Shown piece by piece: positions 47,426-57,011 of a stretch of 64,000 bases of DNA. How positions within the stretch are numbered: the first letter of the stretch is position 1; the number at the start of each line of letters is the position of its first letter. The stretch lies in UHGV virus genome UHGV-1351569. One strand, given 5' to 3'. This DNA comes from a virus. The notes beneath the pieces were generated by a model. The model was not told the DNA's origin. It was given only the letters and a program-made list of their open reading frames with translations, and did no database searches. Both the position numbers and the translations under genes were made by a program.

Positions 47426-47586
47426 ACAAAGATATGACGTTAGAAGAGGCAAAGGCTAAAGCAAATGAAGCATTGGATTTGCTTCTTAAAATCGGTAGTA
47501 AAATGATGGAAGAAAATGAGAAATACATTCAGGAAAACAAAATTCCTGACGGTCCATTAGTAGGCAAAAGGAAATCACATGATTGA
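47422..47586 (+). CDS. hypothetical small protein, 54 aa (below track cutoff)
   Basis: Hand-translated; ATGA overlap upstream. Confidence 0.35.
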   Translation: MNKDMTLEEAKAKANEALDLLLKIGSKMMEENEKYIQENKIPDGPLVGKRKSHD

Positions 47587-48049
47587 AGTAGCAAAACATT
47601 ATTCAATAGAATTTATGTCCAAAGAAGGTAAATCAGTAAATACACTTGATAAAAAATGCTCATTAATTATTCCTTTAGCAGAAAATCCGGATTTTTTAAT
47701 TAAAGATATAAAAGAAAGAAAATATCCAGAAAATGTTATTCTAATTATAAAGCATACTGAAGATATTTTGCAGAATACAGATTCACCATTTTCTTCTTCT
47801 GAAGCTTTAACTATTAAAGGCTATAAAAGAGCTCACGAATATGGTCTTTTTGACATGTTTGAAGACGATAAAGTTAAATTAGCGAGTCAACCTTCTAAAA
47901 GTAAAACATTCATTATTGAAGATATTAAAGATATAAATGCATTTGTTAGGATGGTCTGGGCTCATTTTGATGTTGGACTACGCTGGAGAATGTCCGAAGA
48001 AGAAAGAAAGATTATTGAAGCTAATCGTCACTTTGGTTTTTATCGCTAG
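47579..48049 (+). CDS. hypothetical protein, 156 aa
   Basis: ORF from track. Confidence 0.55.
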   Translation: MIEVAKHYSIEFMSKEGKSVNTLDKKCSLIIPLAENPDFLIKDIKERKYPENVILIIKHTEDILQNTDSPFSSSEALTIKGYKRAHEYGLFDMFEDDKVKLASQPSKSKTFIIEDIKDINAFVRMVWAHFDVGLRWRMSEEERKIIEANRHFGFYR

Positions 48050-48057
48050 GAATTAAT

Positions 48058-48240
48058 ATGGATTTATTTGAGATGTTAGAAGATAATCATTCTACGAATA
48101 TCCAGAATGATTCTAGTGATTATAAGAAAGAGTACCGTATAGTATTACAGAATTATGGAATTGAAGCCCCAGATGCTCTTCTAGAAGAACTAGCTTCATA
48201 CCATCTTGACCCTCCGCCCTGGGCTCCCTGGGCAAAATAA
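48058..48240 (+). CDS. hypothetical protein, 60 aa
   Basis: ORF from track. Confidence 0.45.
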   Translation: MDLFEMLEDNHSTNIQNDSSDYKKEYRIVLQNYGIEAPDALLEELASYHLDPPPWAPWAK

Positions 48241-48251
48241 TTCAAAAAGTT

Positions 48252-48281
48252 GTTTACTTTCCTTCCTAACAATGATATGAT
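48252..48281 (+). promoter_or_regulatory. T4-type early promoter
   Basis: GTTTAC, 18-bp spacer, TATGAT. Confidence 0.45.
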
Positions 48282-48307
48282 AGCTTCTGAAGTATACGGA
48301 GGCTATC

Positions 48308-48931
48308 ATGATTATTAATCCTGCAGATGTTGAACAGTTATCTATAAAAGCTGAAAGCGTTGATTTTCAATATGATATGTATAAAAAAGTCTGTGAAAAA
48401 TTTACTGACTTTGAGCAGTCTGTTCTTTGGCAATGTATGGAAGCCAAAAAGAATGAAGCTCTCCATCGGCAGTTGAATAAAATCGTTAAAAAGCATTTAA
48501 CTAAATCACCTTATCAGCTATATCGTGGTATATCAAAATCGACAAAAGAACTCATTAAAGATTTACAAGTTGGAGAAGTGTTTTCAACGAACAGAGTAGA
48601 TTCATTTACTACTAGTTTGCATACAGCGTGTTCTTTTTCTTATGCTGAATATTTCACTGAAATAGTACTTCGCTTAAAAACTGATAAAGCTTTTAATTAC
48701 TCTGACCATATCAGCGATATTATACTTTCTTCTCCTAATACTGAGTTTAAGTATACATATGAAGATACTGATGGATTAGATTCAGAGCGTACTGATAACT
48801 TAATGATGATTGTACGTGAACAAGAATGGATGATTCCAATTGGAAAGTATAAAATAACTTCTATTTCAAAAGAAAAATTACACGATTCATTTGGAACATT
48901 TAAAGTGTATGATATTGAGGTAGTTGAATGA
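48308..48931 (+). CDS. modB: ADP-ribosyltransferase ModB
   Basis: 207 aa; R-S-E ART signature (LYRG, STS, QEWMIP); size and order as T4. Confidence 0.75.
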   Translation: MIINPADVEQLSIKAESVDFQYDMYKKVCEKFTDFEQSVLWQCMEAKKNEALHRQLNKIVKKHLTKSPYQLYRGISKSTKELIKDLQVGEVFSTNRVDSFTTSLHTACSFSYAEYFTEIVLRLKTDKAFNYSDHISDIILSSPNTEFKYTYEDTDGLDSERTDNLMMIVREQEWMIPIGKYKITSISKEKLHDSFGTFKVYDIEVVE

Positions 48932-49530
48932 AATATTCAGCAATGCAATTAAAAGATTTTAAAATCAAATCAATGGATGCATCGGTGCGTGCTTCTATTC
49001 GTGAAGAATTACTTTCTGAAGGATTTAATTTATCTGAAATTGAACTTTTAATTCATTGTATTACTAATAAGCCAGACGACCACTCTTGGTTAAATGAAAT
49101 AATCAAATCTCGTTTGGTTCCAAACGATAAACCTCTTTGGAGAGGTGTTCCAGTTGAGACTAAGCAGGTGTTAAATCAAGGAATTGATATTATTACATTT
49201 GATAAAGTAGTATCAGCTTCATATGATAAAAATATAGCTCTACATTTTGCTTCTGGTTTAGAGTATAACACACAAGTTATTTTTGAATTCAAAGCTCCTA
49301 TGGTATTTAATTTCCAGGAGTATGCTATAAAAGCTCTACGTTGTAAAGAATATAGTCCGAGTTTTAAGTTTCCGGATAGCCATCGCTATCGTAATATGGA
49401 ATTAGTTTCAGATGAACAAGAAGTAATGATACCAGCTGGAAGTGTATTTAGAATTGCAGATAGATATGAGTATAAAAAGTATTCAACATACACTATCTAT
49501 ACTCTTGATTTTGAAGGATTTAATCTATAA
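48928..49530 (+). CDS. modA: ADP-ribosyltransferase ModA
   Basis: 200 aa; LWRG, SASY, QEVMIP; paralogous to preceding gene. Confidence 0.75.
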   Translation: MKYSAMQLKDFKIKSMDASVRASIREELLSEGFNLSEIELLIHCITNKPDDHSWLNEIIKSRLVPNDKPLWRGVPVETKQVLNQGIDIITFDKVVSASYDKNIALHFASGLEYNTQVIFEFKAPMVFNFQEYAIKALRCKEYSPSFKFPDSHRYRNMELVSDEQEVMIPAGSVFRIADRYEYKKYSTYTIYTLDFEGFNL

Positions 49531-49587
49531 TGGAAGGACTTAGATTCATTATACCATGAAATTTTTAAAGCATTTTTACATAAAGTT

Positions 49588-49617
49588 GTTTACAAGTTAA
49601 GGTAAAAATGTTATAGT
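49588..49617 (+). promoter_or_regulatory. T4-type early promoter
   Basis: GTTTAC, 18-bp spacer, TATAGT. Confidence 0.45.
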
Positions 49618-49646
49618 ATAAGTAGTTAACCGTTCGTGAGAAAAAT

Positions 49647-50393
49647 ATGAAACTGTCTAATAATCAAATTCGTAAAATTACACGTCGTCTAGAGCATACT
49701 CAGGCATCAGCTAAAAGACGTTCTAAAGATTTTAACTTAGACTTCAATTACATTAAGAACATTTTAGATCAGAAAGTTTGCGCTTACTCAGGAGAACCTT
49801 TTGATAATCGTATTGAAGGAGAGAAATTATCGTTAGAACGTTTTGATAATAACGTTGGATATATTAAAGGGAATGTTATTGCAGTAAAGAAAAAGTATAA
49901 TACATTTCGTTCTGATTATACTTTAGAAGAGTTGATTGAAAAGCGTGATTTATTTGCTTTGCGAATTGGTCGTTCATCTGCGAAAAAAGTTCATAAACTA
50001 AATTTAGATGAAAAGAAATGGGCTAAAATCAAAAAGACTTATAATCAAATTAAATCTATACAGAAAAAACGTGAAAACCGAATTGAGCACATTTCTCAGC
50101 TTTCTAAATCAAAACAAACTTCTGACGTTAAGCTAACGATTATAGCACTTAAAGCTCGTATTGATGGTTCTCGTATAGCAGAAGGCGCTGAAGTTGTTAA
50201 ATTGAACGTTCTTCTTAAAGGCTCGGATTGGAAAACCGTGAAAAAGTTGTCAGAAGCAGAAATGCAATATGATATGTGTGATAAAATTATTCAAGGTGTA
50301 GAGCGGTATCAAAACTTGTCTTTTATTGATAAACTTAAACTGAAAAGAGGATACCCGCTAAATTGTTCAATTTTTAAACTTATCCGAGGATAA
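49647..50393 (+). CDS. srd: Srd-position protein (sigma-factor-like decoy in T4)
   Basis: 248 aa, between modA and dda.1/dda as in T4; assignment positional. Confidence 0.55.
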   Translation: MKLSNNQIRKITRRLEHTQASAKRRSKDFNLDFNYIKNILDQKVCAYSGEPFDNRIEGEKLSLERFDNNVGYIKGNVIAVKKKYNTFRSDYTLEELIEKRDLFALRIGRSSAKKVHKLNLDEKKWAKIKKTYNQIKSIQKKRENRIEHISQLSKSKQTSDVKLTIIALKARIDGSRIAEGAEVVKLNVLLKGSDWKTVKKLSEAEMQYDMCDKIIQGVERYQNLSFIDKLKLKRGYPLNCSIFKLIRG

Positions 50394-50394
50394 T

Positions 50395-50706
50395 ATGTTT
50401 TATGTATATGCGATAGTGTATAGAGATAAAGATGGATTTGCGGTGCCTGTTCCTCTTGATGAACATCGTCCTGCTGTATTTTTTGAAAGGGAGATTGCTG
50501 ATAAAGTATTTACAACTCTTAAAGAGCAGTATCGACTAGCTTTAGGTATGGGAATTCCGAGATTAGTTGAGACTCCACGCAAGTTTTGGTTTAATAAAAT
50601 AGAAGTTAAACACGTTAAGCCTGATGTAGACACACAAAGATTATATCGGCGAATTTTAGATACTGGGCGTATTGTTAGTATACCAATTGCAGGGAATTTA
50701 CGATGA
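50395..50706 (+). CDS. hypothetical protein, 103 aa (dda.1 position)
   Basis: ORF from track. Confidence 0.55.
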   Translation: MFYVYAIVYRDKDGFAVPVPLDEHRPAVFFEREIADKVFTTLKEQYRLALGMGIPRLVETPRKFWFNKIEVKHVKPDVDTQRLYRRILDTGRIVSIPIAGNLR

Positions 50707-52022
50707 CATTTGATGATTTGACCGAAGGCCAGAAAAATGCCTTTAACATCGTTATGAGGGCTATCAAAGAAAAGAAACATCATGTAACTATTAATGGACC
50801 TGCTGGTACTGGTAAGACTACTCTTACTAAGTTCATCATTGAAGCTTTAATATCTACGGGCGAAACTGGAATTATTTTAGCAGCTCCTACACATGCAGCT
50901 AAAAAGATTCTTTCAAAACTATCAGGGAAAGAAGCGAGTACTATTCACAGTATTCTTAAAATTAACCCAGTAACATACGAAGAAAACGTTCTTTTTGAAC
51001 AAAAAGAAGTACCAGATTTAGCTAAATGCAGGGTATTAATTTGCGACGAAGTGTCAATGTATGATAGAAAGCTATTTAAAATTCTGCTTTCAACTATCCC
51101 GCCGTGGTGTACTATAATTGGAATAGGTGATAATAAGCAAATTAGACCTGTTGACCCAGGAGAAAATACTGCTTATATCAGTCCATTCTTTACACACAAA
51201 GATTTTTATCAGTGTGAACTTACTGAAGTTAAACGTAGTAATGCTCCTATTATTGATGTAGCTACTGATGTTCGCAACGGTAAGTGGATTTATGATAAAA
51301 TTGTTGACGGGCATGGAGTACGTGGATTTACTGGTGATACCGCTTTACGCGATTTTATGGTAAATTATTTTTCAATCGTCAAATCGCTAGATGATTTGTT
51401 TGAAAATCGTGTAATGGCATTTACGAATAAATCCGTTGACAAGTTAAATAGCATTATTCGCAAAAAGATTTTTGAAACTGATAAAGATTTTATCGTTGGT
51501 GAAATTATTGTAATGCAGGAACCATTAATTAAAACATATAAAATTGATGGAAAGCCTGTGTCAGAAATTATTTTTAATAACGGACAATTAGTTCGTATTA
51601 TAGAAGCAGAGTATACATCAACGTTTGTTAAAGCTCGTGGTGTTCCTGGAGAATATCTAATTCGTCATTGGGATTTAACAGTAGAAACTTACGGCGATGA
51701 TGAATATTATCGTGAAAAGATTAAAATAATTTCGTCTGATGAAGAGCTGTATAAGTTTAACTTATTTTTAGGTAAAACGGCAGAAACTTATAAAAATTGG
51801 AATAAAGGTGGAAAAGCTCCGTGGAGTGATTTTTGGGATGCTAAATCACAGTTTAGTAAAGTGAAAGCACTTCCTGCATCAACATTCCATAAAGCTCAGG
51901 GTATGTCTGTAGACCGTGCTTTCATTTATACGCCTTGTATTCATTATGCAGATGCTGAATTGGCCCAACAACTTCTTTATGTTGGTGTTACCCGTGGTCG
52001 TTATGATGTGTTTTATGTGTGA
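50703..52022 (+). CDS. dda: Dda DNA helicase (SF1)
   Basis: 439 aa; Walker A GPAGTGKTT, Walker B LICDEVSM. Confidence 0.93.
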   Translation: MTFDDLTEGQKNAFNIVMRAIKEKKHHVTINGPAGTGKTTLTKFIIEALISTGETGIILAAPTHAAKKILSKLSGKEASTIHSILKINPVTYEENVLFEQKEVPDLAKCRVLICDEVSMYDRKLFKILLSTIPPWCTIIGIGDNKQIRPVDPGENTAYISPFFTHKDFYQCELTEVKRSNAPIIDVATDVRNGKWIYDKIVDGHGVRGFTGDTALRDFMVNYFSIVKSLDDLFENRVMAFTNKSVDKLNSIIRKKIFETDKDFIVGEIIVMQEPLIKTYKIDGKPVSEIIFNNGQLVRIIEAEYTSTFVKARGVPGEYLIRHWDLTVETYGDDEYYREKIKIISSDEELYKFNLFLGKTAETYKNWNKGGKAPWSDFWDAKSQFSKVKALPASTFHKAQGMSVDRAFIYTPCIHYADAELAQQLLYVGVTRGRYDVFYV

Positions 52023-52028
52023 GGCTAT

Positions 52029-52289
52029 ATGATTAACATCAATTCAAAATATTTAAATCGTCTAATAGATGGTATAAAGAAGCATACTGATAAGCAAGAT
52101 AATCTCAGTGTTATGGTAACAGGAGCTGAGCTCCTTTATAAGCTTAATCTTATAAGTGATACTATACTAGCAATTAAACGAATTGAAAAACAATCATATC
52201 ATAGTAATACAGACACTGTAATTGCATTAGATGAAAGTGTCTGTAAATTACTAATTAAATTTGAGGAAGCTATTCGTGGAAATAACTAA
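52029..52289 (+). CDS. hypothetical protein, 86 aa
   Basis: ORF from track. Confidence 0.5.
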   Translation: MININSKYLNRLIDGIKKHTDKQDNLSVMVTGAELLYKLNLISDTILAIKRIEKQSYHSNTDTVIALDESVCKLLIKFEEAIRGNN

Positions 52290-52521
52290 AGACCAGTTTT
52301 ATCTGCTTCAAGATAAAGTGAGCGAAATTTATGAAATAGCTTATAGTAAAAATCGCAAAAACGTGAAAATTGAATCGGGCAAATTAATGCTTCAATTGGA
52401 AGAAATTGAACGAGATTTGATTGCATTAGAATTCTTTTGCGGTGAAGTGAAAACTGTTACAATCAGTGATTATGTTTTAGGTGAAATTAGCCATCTTTAT
52501 AAGGCGGTTATTAATGATTGA
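52261..52521 (+). CDS. hypothetical protein, ~86 aa (paralog of next ORF)
   Basis: Shares LEEI..D......F......V.I.DY..G.I pattern with 52481-52756; start uncertain. Confidence 0.45.
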   Translation: MRKLFVEITKDQFYLLQDKVSEIYEIAYSKNRKNVKIESGKLMLQLEEIERDLIALEFFCGEVKTVTISDYVLGEISHLYKAVIND

Positions 52522-52756
52522 ATTAAGTTTGCAGCAGTTTAAATCTCTTATGACAAATGTTAAAGCTGTCATTCAAGAAAATTCGGGACCTGATAATGTT
52601 ACTATTCGCGAAAAAGCTTTAAAGATAGTATACAGTCTTGAAGAGATACAAAAAGATATTGAATCTATGGCAAAATTTATTGATGAGCCCATTAATAAAG
52701 TTTATATCCAAGATTATACTGTAGGTCAAATTCGCGATTTAGCGAGGAAAATTTAA
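52481..52756 (+). CDS. hypothetical protein, 91 aa (paralog of previous ORF)
   Basis: See previous. Confidence 0.5.
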   Translation: MKLAIFIRRLLMIELSLQQFKSLMTNVKAVIQENSGPDNVTIREKALKIVYSLEEIQKDIESMAKFIDEPINKVYIQDYTVGQIRDLARKI

Positions 52757-53439
52757 TGTTTGATTTTATTATAGATTTTGAAACAATGGGAAACGGTGAA
52801 AAGGCAGCTGTTATTGATTTGGCTGTTATTGCCTTTGACCCTAATCCAGAAGTAGTTGAAACATTTGATGAATTAGTTTCACGCGGCATTAAAATCAAGT
52901 TTGATTTAAAAAGCCAAAAAGGACATCGTCTTTTTACTAAAAGCACTATCGAATGGTGGAAAAATCAGTCTCCTGAAGCTCGAAAAAATATTGCACCATC
53001 AGATGAAGATGTAAGCACTATCGATGGTATTGCAAAATTTAATGATTACATCAATGCACATAACATTGATCCTTGGAAATCTCAAGGCTGGTGTCGTGGA
53101 ATGTCGTTTGATTTTCCAATTTTAGTCGATCTCATTCGCGATATTCAACGTCTTAATGGCGTTTCTGAGAATGAGCTTGACACATTTAAGTTAGAACCAT
53201 GTAAATTCTGGAATCAGCGTGATATTCGTACCAGAATTGAAGCACTTTTGCTTGTTCGTGATATGACCACATGTCCTCTTCCAAAGGGAACTTTAGATGG
53301 ATTCGTTGCACATGATTCTATTCATGACTGTGCGAAAGACATTCTGATGATGAAGTATGCTTTGCGATATGCTATGGGTCTTGAAGATGCTCCATCAGAG
53401 GAAGAGTGCGATCCTCTGTCTCTTCCAACAAAACGATAA
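52756..53439 (+). CDS. dexA: exonuclease A (DEDDh 3'-5' exonuclease)
   Basis: 227 aa; N-terminal DFETMG exo motif; position next to dda. Confidence 0.85.
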   Translation: MFDFIIDFETMGNGEKAAVIDLAVIAFDPNPEVVETFDELVSRGIKIKFDLKSQKGHRLFTKSTIEWWKNQSPEARKNIAPSDEDVSTIDGIAKFNDYINAHNIDPWKSQGWCRGMSFDFPILVDLIRDIQRLNGVSENELDTFKLEPCKFWNQRDIRTRIEALLLVRDMTTCPLPKGTLDGFVAHDSIHDCAKDILMMKYALRYAMGLEDAPSEEECDPLSLPTKR

Positions 53440-53445
53440 AAAGTT

Positions 53446-53478
53446 GTTTACTTCCTCGGTTAGTTGTGGTATTATAAT
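53446..53478 (+). promoter_or_regulatory. T4-type early promoter
   Basis: GTTTAC, 18-bp spacer, TATTATAAT. Confidence 0.5.
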
Positions 53479-53502
53479 ACCATAGCTACTGAGGATAATA
53501 AA

Positions 53503-54000
53503 ATGAAAATTTATCGTGTTGAATCATCGTTTAGTATTCTTGATTATGAAGATGCTATAACAATACGTCGAAATCTTTGTGTTCAAATAACACCGTACAG
53601 GAGTATAATAGATTCATGGAGCGAAGAGTGGCTATTACACGTAGGTTATGACAGACCTAATTTTATGCATCATAACGATAATAAAAGAATTCCTTTACCA
53701 CACGAAGATAAACTATTAGTTAAAAACGCTAATATAGTAATTAATACTAAGTTCAAGAAAGATTATGTTGGAGTAGAATATCATATTCCAGGATGGTTTA
53801 TAGCTCTTTATCATTTTGCTTTCGCTAGTGAATATGATATGATGAGATGGTTCACACGAGAAGAGCGGGAAGAATTATCTTCTAAAGGATTTTATCTCGC
53901 TGTATACGAAGTTCCTGAAGATGAAGTTATCATTGGCGGGCACCAAGTAATGTTCCGCAAATCGCATGCTGAACTCATAGATTTTATTGAAATGAGATAA
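53503..54000 (+). CDS. hypothetical protein, 165 aa
   Basis: ATG at 53503 after gaggataataaa RBS; track start 53464 lies within promoter. Confidence 0.55.
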   Translation: MKIYRVESSFSILDYEDAITIRRNLCVQITPYRSIIDSWSEEWLLHVGYDRPNFMHHNDNKRIPLPHEDKLLVKNANIVINTKFKKDYVGVEYHIPGWFIALYHFAFASEYDMMRWFTREEREELSSKGFYLAVYEVPEDEVIIGGHQVMFRKSHAELIDFIEMR

Positions 54001-54002
54001 TT

Positions 54003-54542
54003 ATGAAATTTAATTATAATCCTGAATACACACCAAATCCGGTAGCTAAACTGATTGATTTTGATGTTGTAAGCACTTATGTATGCCCTGTTAAACCACT
54101 GGAAATTAAGGAACCTACTATGACTACCGCTATTGAAATCGGCAAAATCTACAAACTGGCTGAAACTGAAATTAAAACTACTGAACTAAATTTGGGTTAT
54201 AAAGCATTGACTAATGTTTTTGGTGAAGGCGAGTTTGTGGTTAAAAGCTTTTCAAAAAGTAACTGGCATGATAAGAATAAAGCTTACGTGATTCGAGTGC
54301 ACCGTTTAGATAATGATGAAGTAATTAAAACTATAGTTTTTGAAGCAGAGTTCATCCTCTTTCAAGAATGCGATCCTACTGACCTTCTAACTCGTGCGGT
54401 AGCTATCAAGACTCCATTTATTTCGGTCTGTGGTTGGGTAACAGACCAATGGATTGAAGATGGTGTTGAACTTCTGAACGTTGTTCATGCAGGTGATTTT
54501 AGTGTAGTACCTCGTAGTGCGGTGGTAGCTATTTTAAATTAA
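54003..54542 (+). CDS. hypothetical protein, 179 aa (paralog of next gene)
   Basis: C-terminal CGWVTDQWIEDGVELLNVV resembles CGYITDQWVEDGVKLYNVV of the next ORF. Confidence 0.6.
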   Translation: MKFNYNPEYTPNPVAKLIDFDVVSTYVCPVKPLEIKEPTMTTAIEIGKIYKLAETEIKTTELNLGYKALTNVFGEGEFVVKSFSKSNWHDKNKAYVIRVHRLDNDEVIKTIVFEAEFILFQECDPTDLLTRAVAIKTPFISVCGWVTDQWIEDGVELLNVVHAGDFSVVPRSAVVAILN

Positions 54543-54544
54543 TA

Positions 54545-54574
54545 GTTTACAAACTCTTGGGACCAGAGTATAAT
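54545..54574 (+). promoter_or_regulatory. T4-type early promoter
   Basis: GTTTAC, 18-bp spacer, TATAAT bracketed by gggacc/ggtccc inverted repeat. Confidence 0.5.
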
Positions 54575-54618
54575 GGTCCCGTGGAGTATAAAATCTTTTT
54601 AACAAGTGAGAGATAACT

Positions 54619-55107
54619 ATGATTATTAATATTGGTGAAATTGCTCGTGTATCTGATAAATCCCGTTCTAAAGCAGCAGGAAAATTGGTTGAAATTGTAA
54701 GCATTCAGCTTAAACACGGTGTTAAAGATGAAGATTCTGAAGTAAAAGTGCGTATCATTCCTAAAGATGGAAAGTCTAAACCTCAGTTTGGCTATGTTCG
54801 TGCGAAATTTCTTGAGTCTGCGTTTTTGAAAGCTGTTCCTGCTAAAGGAATTAAAACGATTGATACTTCGCATGTAGGTGTAGACTTTAAGTGGAAACTC
54901 GGTCAATCTATTAAGTTCATTGCTCCTTGTGAATTTAAATTCATCCCAGATGATGGAAAGGCTGTTTATACTCGTGCTATGTGTGGATACATTACCGATC
55001 AATGGGTAGAAGACGGTGTTAAGTTGTACAACGTGGTATTTTTAGGAACATACAAAGTCATTCCTGAAAGTTGGATTAAACACTATAGAAATGCGCTCTA
55101 TGCATAA
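54619..55107 (+). CDS. motB: MotB-position protein, 162 aa
   Basis: 162 aa as T4 MotB and located between dexA and the cef/goF region; assignment positional. Confidence 0.5.
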   Translation: MIINIGEIARVSDKSRSKAAGKLVEIVSIQLKHGVKDEDSEVKVRIIPKDGKSKPQFGYVRAKFLESAFLKAVPAKGIKTIDTSHVGVDFKWKLGQSIKFIAPCEFKFIPDDGKAVYTRAMCGYITDQWVEDGVKLYNVVFLGTYKVIPESWIKHYRNALYA

Positions 55108-55204
55108 AATTTAAAATTTTTTCATAAAACTATATACATCAGTAGTTGATTATGGTACTATATCAATATCAACTACTGATACAGAAAACAACTTGGAGAA
55201 TAAA

Positions 55205-55474
55205 ATGGAAAACTTAATTATCATCGAACAATCTTTCAACGATTATGGTATGGCTTACGGTTATCGTGCGATAATGGAAGATTCTCGTGGATGTGTTATC
55301 GATATTGCTGAATGTAAAGATTTACTGCAGCTTTTGAAGATTGTTCGCAAAAATTGGGATTGTGAAAACATTAAAGTTCGTGTTGTAACGGAAGAAGAAA
55401 CTATTTTTCATGATGTAAAATTTGCCAAAGGTGCTGCTACTCTTCTGAAACGCATCGCTCCACTGTTCAATTAA
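55205..55474 (+). CDS. hypothetical protein, 89 aa
   Basis: ATG 55205 after conserved leader ggagaataaaATG; track TTG start 55193 unlikely. Confidence 0.5.
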   Translation: MENLIIIEQSFNDYGMAYGYRAIMEDSRGCVIDIAECKDLLQLLKIVRKNWDCENIKVRVVTEEETIFHDVKFAKGAATLLKRIAPLFN

Positions 55475-55487
55475 TGAGGAAATTGTA

Positions 55488-55703
55488 ATGAAACGTAAAA
55501 TTGTTCAGAATTGCACTAATGACGAATTTGAAGATGTATTATTCGATCCAGATTTGGTAGTAGTTCAAAAGGAACACACTGCTAAGTTTACTCACTTGAC
55601 TTCGGTTTATGTGTATGAAAAGGTTGGTGATAAACAACCAATTTACGGTGTATTCCGTGAAATCACCGAAGACGGTACAACTTACTGGAAGGAAATTTAT
55701 TAA
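55488..55703 (+). CDS. hypothetical protein, 71 aa (T4 cef position/size)
   Basis: gaggaaattgta RBS; 71 aa equals recalled Cef length. Confidence 0.45.
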   Translation: MKRKIVQNCTNDEFEDVLFDPDLVVVQKEHTAKFTHLTSVYVYEKVGDKQPIYGVFREITEDGTTYWKEIY

Positions 55704-56122
55704 TGGCTATTAAATTTGAAGTTAATAAATGGTATCAATTTAAAAATAAACAAGCTCAAGAAAATTTTATTAAAGACCATACTGATAACGGAATCTATGC
55801 GCGGCGTTTAGGTATGGAACCTTTTAAAATTTTAGATGTTGACTATTACGGGCGTCCTACTAAAATTGTGACATCTACTGGCATAGTTGGATATTCATCA
55901 CGAGGTACAGTCATTGACGAAAACTTTATCTGGCTTTGTACTAACGAAGCTGGGTTCTTTGATGAAGTGGAAAATCCATACCAAGCAGCTGAAGAGCAAG
56001 AGCAGGAAGAGCAAGAACAAATAGAAGATTTCACAGAATTTCCTGCCATGAAAGTTACTATTGAAAATAATGAACAGGCATGGTCCTTGTATCAGATGTT
56101 GAAAGCACACTTTAAGGAATAA
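55703..56122 (+). CDS. hypothetical protein, 139 aa with acidic [10 protein letters not shown] stretch (T4 goF position)
   Basis: ORF from track; assignment positional. Confidence 0.5.
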   Translation: MAIKFEVNKWYQFKNKQAQENFIKDHTDNGIYARRLGMEPFKILDVDYYGRPTKIVTSTGIVGYSSRGTVIDENFIWLCTNEAGFFDEVENPYQAAEEQEQEEQEQIEDFTEFPAMKVTIENNEQAWSLYQMLKAHFKE

Positions 56123-56124
56123 TT

Positions 56125-56301
56125 ATGCCAATGTATGATTATAAATGCCAATCCGAAGATTGCGGGCATGAATATGAAAAAATTAAAAAGATTTCTGAAC
56201 GAGAAAATGATGTTTGCCCTAAATGTCATCGTCTGTCTATTCGTCGGCCTTCTGCTCCTAAGCATGTGAATGGTGGATTTTACGACTTACTTAAAGGGTA
56301 A
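56125..56301 (+). CDS. FmdB-family-like zinc-ribbon small protein, 58 aa (below track cutoff)
   Basis: Hand-translated MPMYDYKCQSEDCGHEYE...CPKCH fits the FmdB MxxYxYxCxxCGxxFE...CPxC pattern. Confidence 0.5.
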   Translation: MPMYDYKCQSEDCGHEYEKIKKISERENDVCPKCHRLSIRRPSAPKHVNGGFYDLLKG

Positions 56302-56303
56302 TT

Positions 56304-56588
56304 ATGTTTAAAATCGGTAAGAAATATCGCATTCGCGAAGGTGAAGAAAAGAAATATCTATCTTCTGCTATTTATAGGAATGGTTCTATTAATGCCGTAA
56401 TATCTACAAGCGAATTTATCGTTGAAGATATGAAAGGTCATAACGTTACAATGATTAGTACAGCAACTAGCAGAAATGCTGGAAAAATTCTTCACAGTCT
56501 TCGGAGTGAAGTTTTAATTTATGATGAAGAATTTGACTTCTTCGAAGAAGTTCCCGAAGATTTTGATTTGAATGTACTATCACTATGA
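56304..56588 (+). CDS. hypothetical protein, 94 aa
   Basis: ORF from track. Confidence 0.5.
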   Translation: MFKIGKKYRIREGEEKKYLSSAIYRNGSINAVISTSEFIVEDMKGHNVTMISTATSRNAGKILHSLRSEVLIYDEEFDFFEEVPEDFDLNVLSL

Positions 56589-56669
56589 AATCTGGTGACC
56601 CTCTTTCTTTTACAGTTAAAGATGAAAGAAGTCGTTTAAGAATTATTAGTCTCCTTCAAGCCATTAAAT

Positions 56670-56942
56670 TTGAGTGAAATTATGAAATATGTTAATCGTT
56701 CTATCGCGGCATTAGTATTAGCAGTGTCTTTAGCAGGATGTACTGATGCTGATAATGCAACCAAAGTTTTGTCTTCAAGTGGTTTTACTAATATTGAAAT
56801 CACTGGATATAATTGGTTCGGTTGCTCTGAAAATGATTTCCAGCATACTGGATTTCGTGCTATTGGACCTACCGGACAGAAAGTAGAAGGAACAGTATGT
56901 TCTGGTCTATTCTTCAAGGATTCGACTATCCGTTTTAAATAA
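56670..56942 (+). CDS. putative lipoprotein, 90 aa
   Basis: Signal peptide with lipobox LAGC. Confidence 0.55.
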   Translation: MSEIMKYVNRSIAALVLAVSLAGCTDADNATKVLSSSGFTNIEITGYNWFGCSENDFQHTGFRAIGPTGQKVEGTVCSGLFFKDSTIRFK

Positions 56943-56960
56943 AAGGCCTTCGGGCCTTTA
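56943..56960 (+). terminator. terminator-like UUCG hairpin
   Basis: ggcc-ttcg-ggcc then ttta. Confidence 0.45.
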
Positions 56961-57011
56961 GCTTTATGATTACCGGAGTATAATATTCCCGAAACCAAAC
57001 GAGGATAAGTG

